A stretch of 64,000 bases of DNA. It comes from the human T2T-CHM13v2.0 reference genome, Homo sapiens. Both the position numbers and the translations under genes were made by a program. Under the pieces are notes generated by a model. It was given only the letters and a program-made list of their open reading frames with translations. It ran no database searches and had not been told where the DNA came from. Location: assembly GCF_009914755.1 (NCBI RefSeq), contig NC_060933.1; one strand, given 5' to 3'. Below are positions 1 to 14,900 of this stretch, in pieces (position 1 is the first letter of the stretch; the number at the start of each line of letters is the position of its first letter).

Positions 1-2583
1 CCATTACATTTCGTTCCATTCGGGTAGTTTCCATTCCATTCCATTCCATTCCTCTCCATTCCATTGCACTCGGGTTGATTGCATTCCATTGCATTCCATT
101 CCATTCCATTCAATTCCATTCCATTCCATTCCATTTCATTCTATTCCATTTTACTCGGGTTGATTCCATTCCATTGCATTCCATTCCATTCCATTACGTT
201 CCATTCCATTCCATTACTTTCGGGTTGATTCTATTCAACTCCCTTACTCTCCATTCCATTCCATTCCATTCCTGTTGTTCCATTCCATTCCATTCCATTC
301 CACTCCATTCCATTGCACTGGGGTTGATTCCATTCCATTTCATTCCATTCCATTCAATTCCGGATGATTCCATTCCATTGCATTCCGATCCATTTCATTC
401 CCCTGCACTCGGGTTGATTCCATTCCATTCCATTCCATTCCATACCATTCCATTCCATTCCATTCCATTCCAATTCTTTCCATTCCATTCAATTCCGTAC
501 CATACCATTCCATTCCATACAATTCCATTCCATTCCATTCCATTCCATTCCATTCCGTTCCATTCCATTCCGTTCCGTTCCATTCCATTCCATTCCATTC
601 TATTCCATCCCATTCCATTCCATTCTGTTCCGTTCCATTCCTTTCCATTCCATTCTATTCCATTCTATTGCATTCCATTGCAATCGAGTTGAATCTATTG
701 CATTCCATTCCATTCCATTCCGGAAGATTACATTCCATTGCATTCCATTCCATTCCATTCCCCTGCACTCGCGTTGATTCCATTCCATTCCATTCCATTC
801 CATTCCATTCCATTCCATTCCATTCCATTCCTTTCCTTTCCATTCCATTGCATTCCATTCCATTCCATTCCATTCCATTCCGTTCCGTTCCATTCCTTTC
901 CATTCCATTCTATTCGGGTTAATTCCATTCCATTCCATTCGATTGCAATCGAGTTGATTCCATTCCATTCCATTCCATTCCATTCCATTCCATTCCATTC
1001 CATTCCTTTCCATTCCATTACGGATGATTCAATTCCATTGCATTCCATTCCATTCCATTCCCTTGTACTCGGGTTGATTCCATTCCATTGCATTCCAATC
1101 CATGCCATTCCACTCGTGTTGATTCCATTCTTTCCATTCCATTCAAGTTGAATCCATTCCATTGCATTCCATTCCATTCGATTCCATTCGATTGCACTCG
1201 GGTTGATTCCATTCCATTGCATTCCATTCCATTCCATTCCATTGCATTCCATTCCATTCCGTTACATTCCATTTCATTACATTCAGATTGATTCTATTCA
1301 ATTCCCTTACACTCCATTATATTCCAATCCATTCTGGTTGTTTCCATTCCATTCCATTCCATTTCACTCCATTCCATTGCACTCGGGTTGATTCCATTCC
1401 ATTCCATTCCATTGCATTCCATTACATTCCATTCCGGATGATTCCATTCCATTGCATTCCATTCCATTCCATTCCCCTGCACTTGGGTTGATTCCATTCC
1501 ATTCCATTACATTACATTCCGTTCCATTCCATTCCATTCCATTCGGATTGATTCTATTCAATTCCCTTACACTCGATTACATTCCATTCCATTCGGGTAG
1601 TTTCCATTCCATTCCATTCCATTCCTCTCCATTCCTTTGCTCTCGGGTGGATTCCATTCCATTCCATTCCATTCCATTCCATTCCATTGCATTCCATTCC
1701 ATTGTACTCGGGTTGATTCCATTCCATTGCATTCCATTCCTTTCCATTCCATTCCATTCCATTCCATTCCATTCCGTTCCATTCCATTACATTCGGATTG
1801 ATTCTATTCAACTCCCTTACTCTCCATTACATTCCATTCCATTCGGGTTGTTCCATTCCATTCCATTCCATTCCACTCCATTCCATTGCAGTCGGGTTGA
1901 TTCCATTCCATTCCATTCCATTCCATTCCATTCCATTCCATTCCATTCCATTCCATTCCGTTCCATTTCGTTCCACTCCATTCTATTCCGTATCATTCCA
2001 TTCCATTCCATTCCATTCCATTCCATTCCATTCCATTGTACTCGGGTTGATTCAATTCCGTTGCATTCCATTCCATTCCATTCCATTCCATTCCGTTGCA
2101 TTCCATTCCATTACATTCGGATTGATTCTATTCAACTCCCTTACTCTCCATTACATTCCATTCCATTCGGGTTGTTCCATTCCATTCCATTCCATTCCAC
2201 TCCATTCCATTGCTCTCGGGTTGATTCCATTCCATTCCATTCCATTCCATTCCATTCCGGATGATTCCATTCCATTGCATTCCGTTCCATTACATTCCCC
2301 TGCACTCGCGTTGATTCCATTCCATTCCATTCCATTCCATTCAATTCCATTCCATTACAATTCGTTCCATTCCATTCTATTCTGTACCATTCCATTCCAT
2401 TCCATACCATTCCATTCCATTCCATTCCATTCCATTCCATTCCGTTCCAATCCGTTCCATTCCATTCCATTCCATTCTATTCGGATTAATTCCATTCTAT
2501 TCCATTCCATTCCATTCTATTCCATTCCATTGCAATCGAGTTGAATCCATTGCATTTCATTCCATTCCATTCCATTCCATTCC

Positions 2584-2598
2584 ATTCCGGAAGATTCC
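2584..2598. promoter_or_regulatory. Perfect three-pentamer heat-shock-element match aTTCc-gGAAg-aTTCc (representative of ~34 copies)
   Basis: ATTCCGGAAGATTCC matches nTTCnnGAAnnTTCn, the canonical HSF1 trimer site. This is a sequence match only; binding is not demonstrated. Confidence 0.5.
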
Positions 2599-4845
2599 AT
2601 TCCATTGCATTCCATTCCATTCCATTCCCCTGCACTCGCGTTGATTCCATTCCATTCCATTCCATTCCATTCCATTCCATTCCGTTCCGTTCCGTTCCAT
2701 TCCATTCCATTCCATTCCATTCCATTGCATTACGTTCCGTTCCGTTCCGTTCCATTCCATTCCATTCCATTCTATTCGGGTTAATTCCATTCCATTCCAT
2801 TCGATTGCAATCGAGTTGATTCCATTCCCTAACATTCCATTCCATTCCATTCCATTCCATTCCCTTCCATTCCATTACGGATGATTCCATTCCATTGCAT
2901 TCCATTCCATTCCATTCCCCTGTACTCCGGTTGATTCCATTCCATTCCTATTCCAAACCATGCCATTCCACTCGTGTTGATTCCATTCTTTCCATTCCAT
3001 TCAAGTTGAATCCATTCCATTGCATTCCATTCCATTCGATTCCATTCGATTGCACTCGGGTTGATTCCATTCCATTGCAATCCATTCCATTCCATTCCAT
3101 TGCATTCCATTCCATTCCGTTCCATTCTATTCCATTACATTCGTATTGATTCCATTCAATTCCTTTACACTCCATTACATTCCATTCCATTCGGGTAGGT
3201 TTCATTCCATTCCATTCCATTCCTCTCCATTCCATTGCACTAGGGTTGATTCCATTCCATTGCATTCCATTCCATTCCATTCCATTCCATTCCATTCCAT
3301 TCCATTCCATTCCATTACGTATGATTCCATTCCATTGCATTCCATTCCATTCCATTCCCCTATACTCGGGTTGATTCCATTCCATTCCATTCCAATCCAT
3401 GCCATTCCACTCGTGTTGATTCCATTCTTTCCATTCCATTCAAGTTGAATCCATTCCATTACATTCCATTCCATTCGATTCCATTCTATTGCACTCGGGT
3501 TGATTCCATTCCATTGCATTCCATTCCATTCCATTCCATTCCATTCCGTTCCATTCCATTTCATTACATTCAGATTGATTCTATTCAATTCCCTTACACT
3601 CCATTATATTCCAATCCATTCTTGTTGTCTCCATTCCATTCCATTCCATTTCACTACATTCCATTGCACTCGGGTTGATTCCATTCCATTGCATTCCATT
3701 CCATTCCATTCCATTCCATTCCATTCCATTCCATTCCATTCCGTTCCATTCCATTTCATTACATTCAGATTGATTGTATTCAATTCACTTACACTCCATT
3801 ATATTCCAATCCATTCTGGTTGTCTCCATTCCATTCCATTCCATTTCACTCCATTCCATTGCACTCGGGTTGATTCCATTCCATTCCATTCCATTGCATT
3901 CCATTCCTTTCCATTCCGGATGATTCCATTCCATTGCATTCCATTCCATTCCATTCCCCTGCACTCGGGTTGATTCCATTCCATTCCATTACATTACATT
4001 CCGTTCCATTCCATTCCATTCCATTCGGATTGATTCTATTCAATTCCCTTACACTCCATTACATTCCATTCCATTCGGGTAGTTTCCATTCCATTCCATT
4101 CCATTCCTCTCCATTCCATTGCACTCGGGTTGATTCCATTCCATTCCATTCCATTCCATTCCATTCCATTCCATTACATTCCATTCCATTCCATTCCGTT
4201 CCATTGTACTCGGGTTGATTCCATTCCATTGCATTCCATTCCATTCCATTCCATTCCATTCCATTCCATTCCGTTCCATTCCATTACATTCGGATTGATT
4301 CTATTCAACTCCCTTACTCTCCATTCCATTCCATTGCACTCGGGTTGATTCCATTCCATTCCATTCCATTCCATTCCATTCCGTTCCGTTCCATTCCATT
4401 CCATTCCATTCTATTCGGGTTAATTCCATTCCATTCCATTCCATTCCAATCGAGTTGATTCCATTCCATTCCATTCGATTCCATTCCACTCCATTCCAGT
4501 CCTTTCCATTCCATTCCACTCGGGTTGATTCCAATGTATTCCTTTCCATTCCATTCCATTCCATTGCAATCGAGTTGATTCCATTGCTTTGCATTCCATT
4601 CCATTCCATTCCATTCCGGATGATTCCATTCCATTGCATTCCATTCCATTCCATTCTCCTGCACTCGGGTTGATTCCATTCCATTCCACTCCATTCCGTT
4701 CCATTCCATTCCATTCCATTGTATTCGGGTTAATTCCATTCCATTCCATTCCATTCCATTCCATTCCATTACAATCGAGTTGATTCCATTCCATTCCATT
4801 CCATTCCAGTCCTTTCCATTCCATTCCACTCGGGTTGATTCCATT

Positions 4846-4952
4846 CTATTAGTTTCCATTCCATTCCATTCCCTTCCATTACACTCTGGTTGATACCATT
4901 CCTTTCCATTCCACTCGAATACATTCCCTCCTATTCCACTCGGAACGATTCC
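4846..4952 (+). repeat. Representative ~105-bp complex landmark module (CTATTAGTTTCC...CTCTGGTTG...CTCGAATACATTCCCTCCTATTCCACTCGGAACGATTCC)
   Basis: Recurs at ~4846, 7112, 8575, 16414, 26560, 33123, 33772, 35614, 44799, 46372, 52722 and 63810. Confidence 0.85.
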
Positions 4953-6699
4953 ATTCCATTCCATTCCATTCCATTCCATTCCATTCCATTCCATTCCATT
5001 TCGTTCCATTCCATTCTATTCCGTATCATTCCATTCCATTCCATTCCATTCCATTCCATTCCATTCCATTCCATTCCATTCCATTGTACTCGGGTTGATT
5101 CAATTCCGTTGCATTCCATTCCATTCCATTCCATTCCATTCCGTTGCATTCCATTCCATTACATTCGGATTGATTCTATTCAACTCCCTTACTCTCCATT
5201 ACATTCCATTCCATTCGGGTTGTTCCATTCCATTCCATTCCATTCCACTCCATTCCATTGCACTCGGGTTGATTCCATTCCATTCCATTCCATTCCATTC
5301 CATTCCATTCCGGATGATTCCATTCCATTGCATTCGGTTCCATTACATTGCCCTGCACTCGCGTTGATTCCATTCCATTCCATTCCATTCCATTCCTTTC
5401 AATTCCATTCCATTACAATTCGTTCCATTCCATTCTATTCCGTACCATTCCATTCCATTCCATACCATTCCATTCCATTCCATTCCATTCCATTCCATTC
5501 CATTCCGTTCCGTTCCATTCCGTTCCATTCCATTCCATTCCATTCCATTCCATTCCATTCCATTCCATTGTACTCGGGTTGATTCAATTCCTTTGCATTC
5601 CATTCCATTCCATTCCATTCCATTCCATTCCATTCCATTCCGTTGCATTCCATTCCATTACATTCGGATTGATTCTATTCAACTTCCTTACTCTCCATTA
5701 CATTCCTTTCCATTCGGGTTGTTCCATTCCATTGCATTCCCTTCCATTCCATTCCATTCCATTCCATTCCATTCCTTTCCGTTCCATTCCATTCCATTCC
5801 CTTCCATTCCGTTCCGTTCCATTCCATTCTACTCCATTCTATTCGGGTTAATTCCATTCCATTCCATTCGATTGCAATCGAGTTGATTCCTTTCCATTCC
5901 ATTCCATTCCATTCCATTCCATTCCTTTCCATTCCTTTCCATTCCATTACTGATGATACCATTCCATGGCATTCCATTCCATTCCATTCCCCTGTACTCT
6001 GGTTGATTCCATTCCATTCCATTCCAATCCATGCTATTCCACTCGTGGTGATTCCATTCTTTCCATTCCATTCAAGTTGAATCCTTTCCATTGCATTCCA
6101 TTGCATTCGATTCCATTCGATTGCACTCGGGTTGATTCCATTCCATTGCATTCCATTCCATTCCATTGCATTCCATTCCATTCCATTCCATTCCATTCCG
6201 TTCCATTCCATTTCATTACATTCAGATTGATGCTATTCAATTCCCTTACACTCCATTATATTCCATCCATTCTGGTTGTTTCCATTCCATTCCATTCCAT
6301 TTCACTCCATTCCATTGCACTCGGGTTGATTCCATTCCATTCCATTCCATTGCATTCCATTCCATTCCATTCCGGATGATTCCATTCCATTGCATTCCAT
6401 TCCATTCCATTCCCCTGCACTCGTGTTGATTCCATTCCATTCCATTCCATTCCATTCCATTCCATTCCATTCCATTCCATTCCATTCGGATTGATTCTAT
6501 TCAATTCCCTTACACTCCATTACATTCCATTCCATTCGGGTAGTTTCCATTCCATTCCATTCCATTCCTCTCCATTCCATTGCACTCGGGTTGATTCCAT
6601 TCCATTCCATTCCATTCCATTCCATTCCATTCCATTCCATTCCATTCCGTTCCATTGTACTCGGGTTGATTCCATTCCATTGCTTTCCATTCCATTCCA

Positions 6700-8940
6700 T
6701 TCCATTCCAATCGATTTGATTCCATTCCATTCCATTCCATTCCATTCCACTCCATTCCAGTCCTTTCCATTCCATTCCACTCGGGTTGATTCCAATGTAT
6801 TCCTTTCCATTCCATTCCATTCCATTGCAATCGAGTTGATTCCATTGCTTTGCATTCCATTCCATTCCATTCCATTCTGGATGATTCCATTCCATTGCAT
6901 TCCATTCCATTCCATTCCCCTGCACTCGGGTTGATTCCATTCCATTCTACTCCATTCCGTTCAATTCCATTCCATTCCATTGTATTCGGGTTAATTCCAT
7001 TCCATTCCATTCCATTGCATTCCATTCCATTCCATTACAATCGGGTTGATTCCATTCCATTCCATTCCATTCCAGTCCTTTCCATTCCATTCCACTCGGG
7101 TTGATTCCATTCTATTAGTTTCCATTCCATTCCCTTCCCTTCCATTCCACTCTGGTTGATACCATTCCTTTCCATTCCACTCGAATACATTCCCTCCTAT
7201 TCCACTCGGAACGATTCCATTCCATTCCATTCCATTCCATTCCATTCCATTTCGTTCCATTCCATTCTATTCCGCATCATTCCATTCCATTCCATTCCAT
7301 TCCATTCCATTACATTCCATTGTATTCCATTCCGTTCCATTGTCCTCGGGTTGATTCCATTCCATTGCATTCCATTCCATTCCATTCCATTCCATTGCAT
7401 TCCATTCCATTCCGTTCCATTCCATTACATTCGGATTGATTCTATTCAACTCCCTTACTCTCCATTTCATTCCATTCCATTCGGGTTGTTCCATTCCATT
7501 CCATTCCATTCCACTCCTTTCCATTGCACTCGGGTTGATTCCATTCCATTCCATTCCATTCCATTCCATTCCATTCCGGATGATTCCATTCCATTGCATT
7601 CCGTTCCATTCGATTCCATTCCATTCCAATTCTTTCCATTCCATTCTATTCCGTACCATGCCATTCCATTCCGTACAATTCCATTCCATTCCATTCCACT
7701 CCGTTCCGTTCCGTTCCGTTCCGTTCCGTTCCATTCCATTCCATTCCATTCTATTCGGGTTAATTCCATTCCATTCCATTCGATTGCAATCGAGTTGATT
7801 CCATTCCATTCCATTCCATTCCATTCCATTCCATTCCATTCCATTCCTTTCCATTCCATTACGGATGATTCCATTGCATTGCATTCCATTCCATTCCATT
7901 CCCCTGTACTCGGGTTGATTCCATTCCATTCCATTCCAATCCATGCCATTCCACTCGTGTTGATTCCATTCTTTCCATTCCATTCAAGTTGAATCCATTC
8001 CATTGCCTTCCATTCCATTCCATTCCCCTGCAGTCGGGTTGATTCCATTCCATTCCATTCCATTCCATTCCATTCCATTCCATTACGTTCCGTTCCATTC
8101 CATTCCATTCCATTCTATTCGGGTTAATTCCATTCCGTTCCATTCCATTCCATTCCAATCGATTTGATTCCATTCCATTCCATTCCATTCCATTCCACTC
8201 CATTCCAGTCCATTCCATTCCATTCCACTCGGGTTGATTCCAATGTATTCCTTTCCATTCCATTCCATTCCATTGCAATCGAGTTGATTCCATTGCTTTG
8301 CATTCCATTCCATTCCATTCCATTCCGGATGATTCCATTCCATTGCATTCCATTCCATTCCATTCCCCTGCACTCGGGTTGATTCCATTCCATTCTACTC
8401 CATTCCGTTCCATTCCATTCCATTCCATTGTATTCGGGTTAATTCCATTCCATTCCATTCCATTGCATTCCATTCCATTCCATTACAATCGAGTTGATTC
8501 CATTCCATTCCATTCCATTCCATTCCACTCCATTCCAGTCCTTTCCATTCCATTCCACTCGGGTTGATTCCATTCTATTAGTTTCCATTCCATTCCCTTC
8601 CCTTCCATTCCACTCTGGTTGATACCATTCCTTTCCATTCCACTCGAATACATTCCCTCCTATTCCACTCGGAACGATTCCATTCCATTCCATTCCATTC
8701 CATTCCATTCCATTCCATTCCATTTCGTTCCATTCCATTCTATTCCGCATCATTCCATTCCATTCCATTCCATTCCATTCCATTCCATTCCATTGTACTC
8801 GGGTTGAATCAATTCCATTGCATTGCATTCGATTCCATTCCATTCCATTCCGTTGCATTCCATTCCATTACATTCGGATTGATTCTATTCAACTCCCTTA
8901 CTCTCCATTACATTCCATTCCATTCGGGTTGTTCCATTCC
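6700..8940 (+). repeat. ~1.45-kb-offset duplication (~6700-7500 vs ~8150-8940)
   Basis: ORF offsets are 1448 (6850/8298) and 1463 (7156/8619). Shared variants: AATCGATTTG, TTCTACTCC, CCCTTCCCTTCC, GGTTGATACC, CCGCATCATT. Confidence 0.78.
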
Positions 8941-11900
8941 ATTCCATTCCATTCCATTCCACTCCATTCCATTGCACTCGGGTTGATTCCATTCCATTCT
9001 ATTCCATTCCATTCCATTCCATTCCATTCCGGATGATTCCATTCCATTGCATTCCGTTACATTACATTCCCCTGCACTCGCGTTGATTCCATTCCATTCC
9101 ATTCCATTCCATTCCATTCCATTCCATTCCATTACAATTCGTTCCATTCCATTCTAATCCGTACCATTCCATTCCATTCCATTCCATTCCATACCATTCC
9201 ATTCCATTCCATTCCATTCCATTCCGTTCCATTCCATTCCATTCCATTCTATTCGGATTAATTCCATTCCATTCCATTCCATTCCATTCTATTCCATTCC
9301 ATTGCAATCGAGTTGAATCCATTGCATTTCATTCCATTCCATTAAATTCCATTCCATTCCAGAAGATTCCATTCCATTGCATTCCATTCCATTCCATTCC
9401 CCTGCACTCGCGTTGATCCCATTCCATTCCATTCCATTCCATTCCATTCCATTCCGTTCCGTTCCATTCCATTCCATTCCATTCAATTCCATTCCGTTCC
9501 GTTCCATTCCATTCCATTCCATTCTATTCGGGTTAATTCCATTCCATTCCATTCGATTGCAATCGAGTTGATTCCATTCCATTCCATTCCATTCCATTCC
9601 ATTCCATTCCTTTCCATTCCATTTCAGATGATTCCATTCCATTGCATTCCATTCCATTCCATTCCCCTGTACTCAGGTTGATTCCATTCCATTCCATTCC
9701 AATCCATGCCATTCCACTCGTGTTGATTCCATTCTTTCCATTCCATTCAAGTTTAATCCATTCCATTGCATTCCATTCCATTCGATTCCATTCGATTGCA
9801 CTCGGGTTCATTCCATTCCATTGCATTCCATTCCATTCCATTCCATTCCATTCCGTTCCATTCCATTCCATTACATTCGGATTGATTCTATTCAATTCCC
9901 TTACTCTCCATTACATTCCAGTCCATTCGGGTTGTTCCATTCCATTCCATTCCATTCCACTCCATTCCATTGCACTCGGGTTGATTCCATTCCATTCCAA
10001 TCCATTCCATTCCGGATGATTCCATTCCATTGCATTCCGTTCCATTACATTCCCCTGCACTCGGGTTGACTCCATTCCATTCCATTCCATTCCATTCCAT
10101 TCGATTCCATTCCATTCCCCTGCCCTCGCGTTGATTCTATTCCATTCCATTCCATTCCATTCCATTCCATTCCATTCCAATCCTTTCCATTCCATTCCAT
10201 TCCATTCCATTCCTTTCCGTTCCGTTCCGTTCCATTCCATTCCATTCCATTCCATTCTATTCAGGTTAATTCCATTCCATTCCATTCGATTGCAATCGAG
10301 TTGATTCCATTCCATTCCATTCCATTCCATTCCATTGCATTCCATTCCATTCCTTTCCATTCCATTACGGATGACTCCATTCCATTGCATTCCATTCCAT
10401 TCCATTCCCCTGTACTCGGGTTGATTCCATTCCATTCCATTCCATTCCATCCATTCCAATCCATTCCATTCCATTCCGGATGATTCCATTCCATTGCATT
10501 CCGTTCCATTACATTCCCCTACACTCGGGTTGATTCCATTCCATTCCATTCCATTCCATTCCATTCGTTTCCATTCCATTCCAATTCTTTCCATTCCATT
10601 CTATTCCGTACCATTCCATTCCATTCCATACAATTCCATTCCATTCCATTCCATTCCATTCCATTCCATTCCGTTCCGTTCCATTCCGTTCCATTCCGTT
10701 CCGTTCCGTTCCGTTCCATTCCATTCCATTCCATTCTATTCTGGTTAATTCCATTCCATTCCATTAGAATGCAATCGAGTTGATTCCATTCCATTCCATT
10801 CCATTCCATTCCGTTCCATTCCGTTCCGTTCCGTTCCGTTCCGTTCCATTCCATTCCATTCCATTCTATTCTGGTTAATTCCATTCCATTCCATTCCATT
10901 CCATTCTATTCCATTCCATTGCAATCGAGTTGAATCCATTGCATTCCATTCCATTCCATTCCATTCCATTCCGGAAGATTCCATTCCATTTCATTCCATT
11001 CCATTCCATTCCCCTGCACTCGCATTTATTCTTTTCAGTTCCATTCCATTCCATTCCATTCCATTCTGTTCCGTTCCATTCCATTCCATTCCATTCCGTT
11101 TCGTTCCATTCCGTTCCATTCCATTCCATTCCATTCTATTCGGGTTAATTCCATTCCATTCCATTCGAATGCAATCGAGTTGATTCCATTCCATTCCATT
11201 CCATTCCATTCCATTCCATTCCATTCCATTCCATTCCATTCTGTTCCATTACATTACGAATGATTCCATTCCATTGCATTCCATTCCTTTCCATTCCCCT
11301 GTACTCGGGTTGCTTCCATTCCATTCCATTCCATTCCATGCCCTTCTACTCGTGTTGATTCCATTCTTTCCATTCCATTCAAGTTGAATCCATTCCATTG
11401 CATTCCATTCCATTCGATTCCATTCCATTGACTCGGGTTTATTCCATTCCATTGCATTCCATTCCATTCCATTCCATTCCATTCCATTCCATTCCATTCC
11501 GTTCCATTCCATTCCATTACATTCGGATTGATTCTATTCAATTCCCTTACACTCCATCACATTCCATTCCATTAGGGTAGTTTCAATTCCATTCCATTCC
11601 ATTCCTCTCCATTCCATTGCACTCGGGTTGATTCCATTCCATTCCATTCCATTCCATTCCATTCCATTCCATTCCATTCCGTTCCATTGCATTCCATAAC
11701 TTTCGGATTGATTCTTTTCAACTCCCTTACTTTCCATTACATTCCAGTCCATTCGGGTTGTTCCATTTCATTCCATTCCATTCCACTCCATTCCATTGCA
11801 CTCGGGTTGATTCCATTCCATTCCATTCCATTCCATTCCGGATGATTCCATTCCATTGCATTCCGTTCCATTACATTCCCCTGCACTCGGGTTGATTCCA

Positions 11901-14900
11901 TTCCATTCCATTCCATTCCATTCCATTCGATTCCATTCCATTCCCCTGCACTCGCGTTGATTCCATTCCATTCCATTCCATTCCATTCCATTCCATTCCA
12001 TTCCATTACTTTCCGTTCCATTCCATTCCATTCCATTCCATTCCATTCCATTCCATTCCGTTCCGTTCCGTTCCATTCCATTCCATTCCATTCTATTTGG
12101 GTTAATTCCATTCCATTCCATTCGATTGCAATCGAGTTGATTCCATTCCATTCCATTCCATTCCTTTCCATTCCATTACGGATGATTCCATTCCATTGCA
12201 TTCCATTCCATTCCATTCCCCTGTACTCGGGTTGCTTCCATTCCATTCCATTCCAATCCATTCCATTCCACTCGTGTTGATTCCATTCTTTCCATTCCAT
12301 TCAAATTGAATCCATTCCATTGCATTCCATTCCATTCGATTCCATTCCATTGCACTCGGGTTGATTCCATTCCATTGCATTCCATTCCATTCCATTCCAT
12401 TCCATTCCACTCCTTTCCATTGCATTCCATTACATTCGGATTGATTTTATTCAATTCCCTTACACTCCATTCCATTCCATTCCATTCGGTTAGTTTCCAT
12501 TCCATTCCATTCCATTCCTCTCCATTCCATTACACTCGGGTTGATTCCATTCCATTCCATTCCATTCCATTCCATTCCCTTCCATTCCATTGTACTCGGG
12601 TTGATTCCATTCCATTCCATTCCATTCCATTCCATTCCATTCCATTCCGTTCCATTCCATTCCATTCCCTTCGGATTGATTCTTTTCAACTCCCTTACTC
12701 TCCATTACTTTCCATTCCATGTGGGTTGTTCCATTCCATTCCATTCCATTCCACTCCATTCCATTGCACTCGGGTTCATTCCATTCCATTCCATTCCATT
12801 CCATTCCGGATGATTCCATTCCCTTGCATTCCGTTCCATTACATTCCCCTGGACACGGGTTGATTCCATTCCATTCCATTCCATTCCATTCCATTCCATT
12901 CCATTCCATTCCACTCCATTCCATTCCCGTGCACTCGTGTTGATTCCATTCCATTCCATTCCATTCCATTCCATTCCATTCCATTACTTTCCGTTCCGTT
13001 CCATTCCATTCCATTCCATTCCATTCCGTTCCGTTCCATTCCATTCCATTCCATTCTATTCGGGTTAATTCCATTCCATTCCATTCGATTGCAATCGAGT
13101 TGATTCCATTCCATTCCATTCCATTCCATATCATTCCTTTCCATTCCATTACGGATTATTCCATTCCATTGCATTCCATTCCATTCCATTCCCCTGTACT
13201 TGGGTTGATTCCATTCCATTCCATTCCAATCCATGCCATTCCACTCGTGTTGATTCCATTCTTTCCATTCCATTCAAGTTGAATCCATTCCATTGCATTC
13301 CATTCCATTCGATTCCATTCGATTGAACTCGGGTTGATTCCATTCCTTTGCATTCCATTCCATTGCATTCCATTCCATTCCATTCCATTCAATTCCGTTC
13401 CATTCCATTACATTCGGATTGTTTCTATTCAACTCCCTTACTCTCCATTACATTCCATTCCATTCGGGTTGTTCCATTCCATTCCATTCCATTCCACTCC
13501 ATTCCATTGCACTCGGGTTGATTCCATTCCATTCCATTCCATTCCATTCCATCCATTCCAATCCATTCCATTCCATTCCGGATGATTCCATTCCATTGCA
13601 TTCCGTTCCATTACATTCCCCTACACTCGTGTTGATTCCATTCCATTCCATTCCATTCCATTCGTTTCCATTCCATTCCAATTCTTTCCATTCCATTCTA
13701 TTCCGTACCATTCCATTCCATTCCATACAACTCCATTCCATTCCATTCCATTCCATTCCATTCCATTCCATTCCATTCCGTTCCGTTCCGTTCCGTTCCT
13801 TTCCATTCCATTCCATTCCATTCTATTCGGGTTAATTCCATTCCATTCCATTCCATTCCATTCCATTCTATTCCATTCCATTGCAATCGAGTTGAATCCA
13901 TTGCATTCCATTCCATTCCATTCCATTCCATTCCATTCCATTCCGGAAGATTCCATTCCATTGCATTCCATTCCATTCCATTCCCCTGCAGTCGCTTTTA
14001 TTCTTTTCAGTTCCAATCCATTCCATTCCATTCCATTCCGTTCCGTTCCATTCCATTCCATTCCATTCCATTCCATTACAATTCCTTCCATTCCATTCTA
14101 TTCCGTACCATTCCATTCCATTCCATACCATTCCATTCCATTCCATTCCATTCCATTCCATTCCGTTCCATTCCGTTCCATTCCATTCCATTCCATTCCA
14201 TTCTATTCGGGTTAATTCCATTCCATTCCATTCCATTCCATTCCATTCTATTCCATTCCATTTCAATCGAGTTGAATCCATTGCATTTCATTCCATTCCA
14301 TTCCATTCCATTCCATTGCATTCCATTCCATTCCATTACATTCCATTCCATTCCATTCCATTCCTTTCCGTTCCATTCCATTCCATTCCATTCCATTCCA
14401 TTCCATTCCGTTCCGTTCCGTTCCGTTCCGTTCCATTCCATTCCATTCCATTCTATTTGGGTTATTTCCATTCCATTCCATTCGATTGGAACCGAGTTGA
14501 TTCCATTCCATTCCATTCCATTCCATTCCATTCCATTCCATTCCTTTCCTTTCCATTCCATTACGGATGATTCCATTCCATTCCATTCCATTCCATTCCA
14601 TTCCATTCCATTCCATTCCCCTGTACTCGGGTTGATTCCATTCAATTCCATTCCATTCAAGTTGAATCCATTCCATTGCATTCCATTCCATTCGATTCCA
14701 TTCCATTGCACTCGGGTTTGTTCCATTCCATTGCATTCCATTCCATTCCATTCCATTCCATTCCGTTCCATTCCATTTCATTACATTCGGATTGATTCTA
14801 TTCAATTCCCTTACACTCTATTACATTCCATTCCATTCGGGTAGTTTCCATTCCATTCCATTCCATTCCTCTCCATTCCATTGCACTCGGGTTGATTCCA

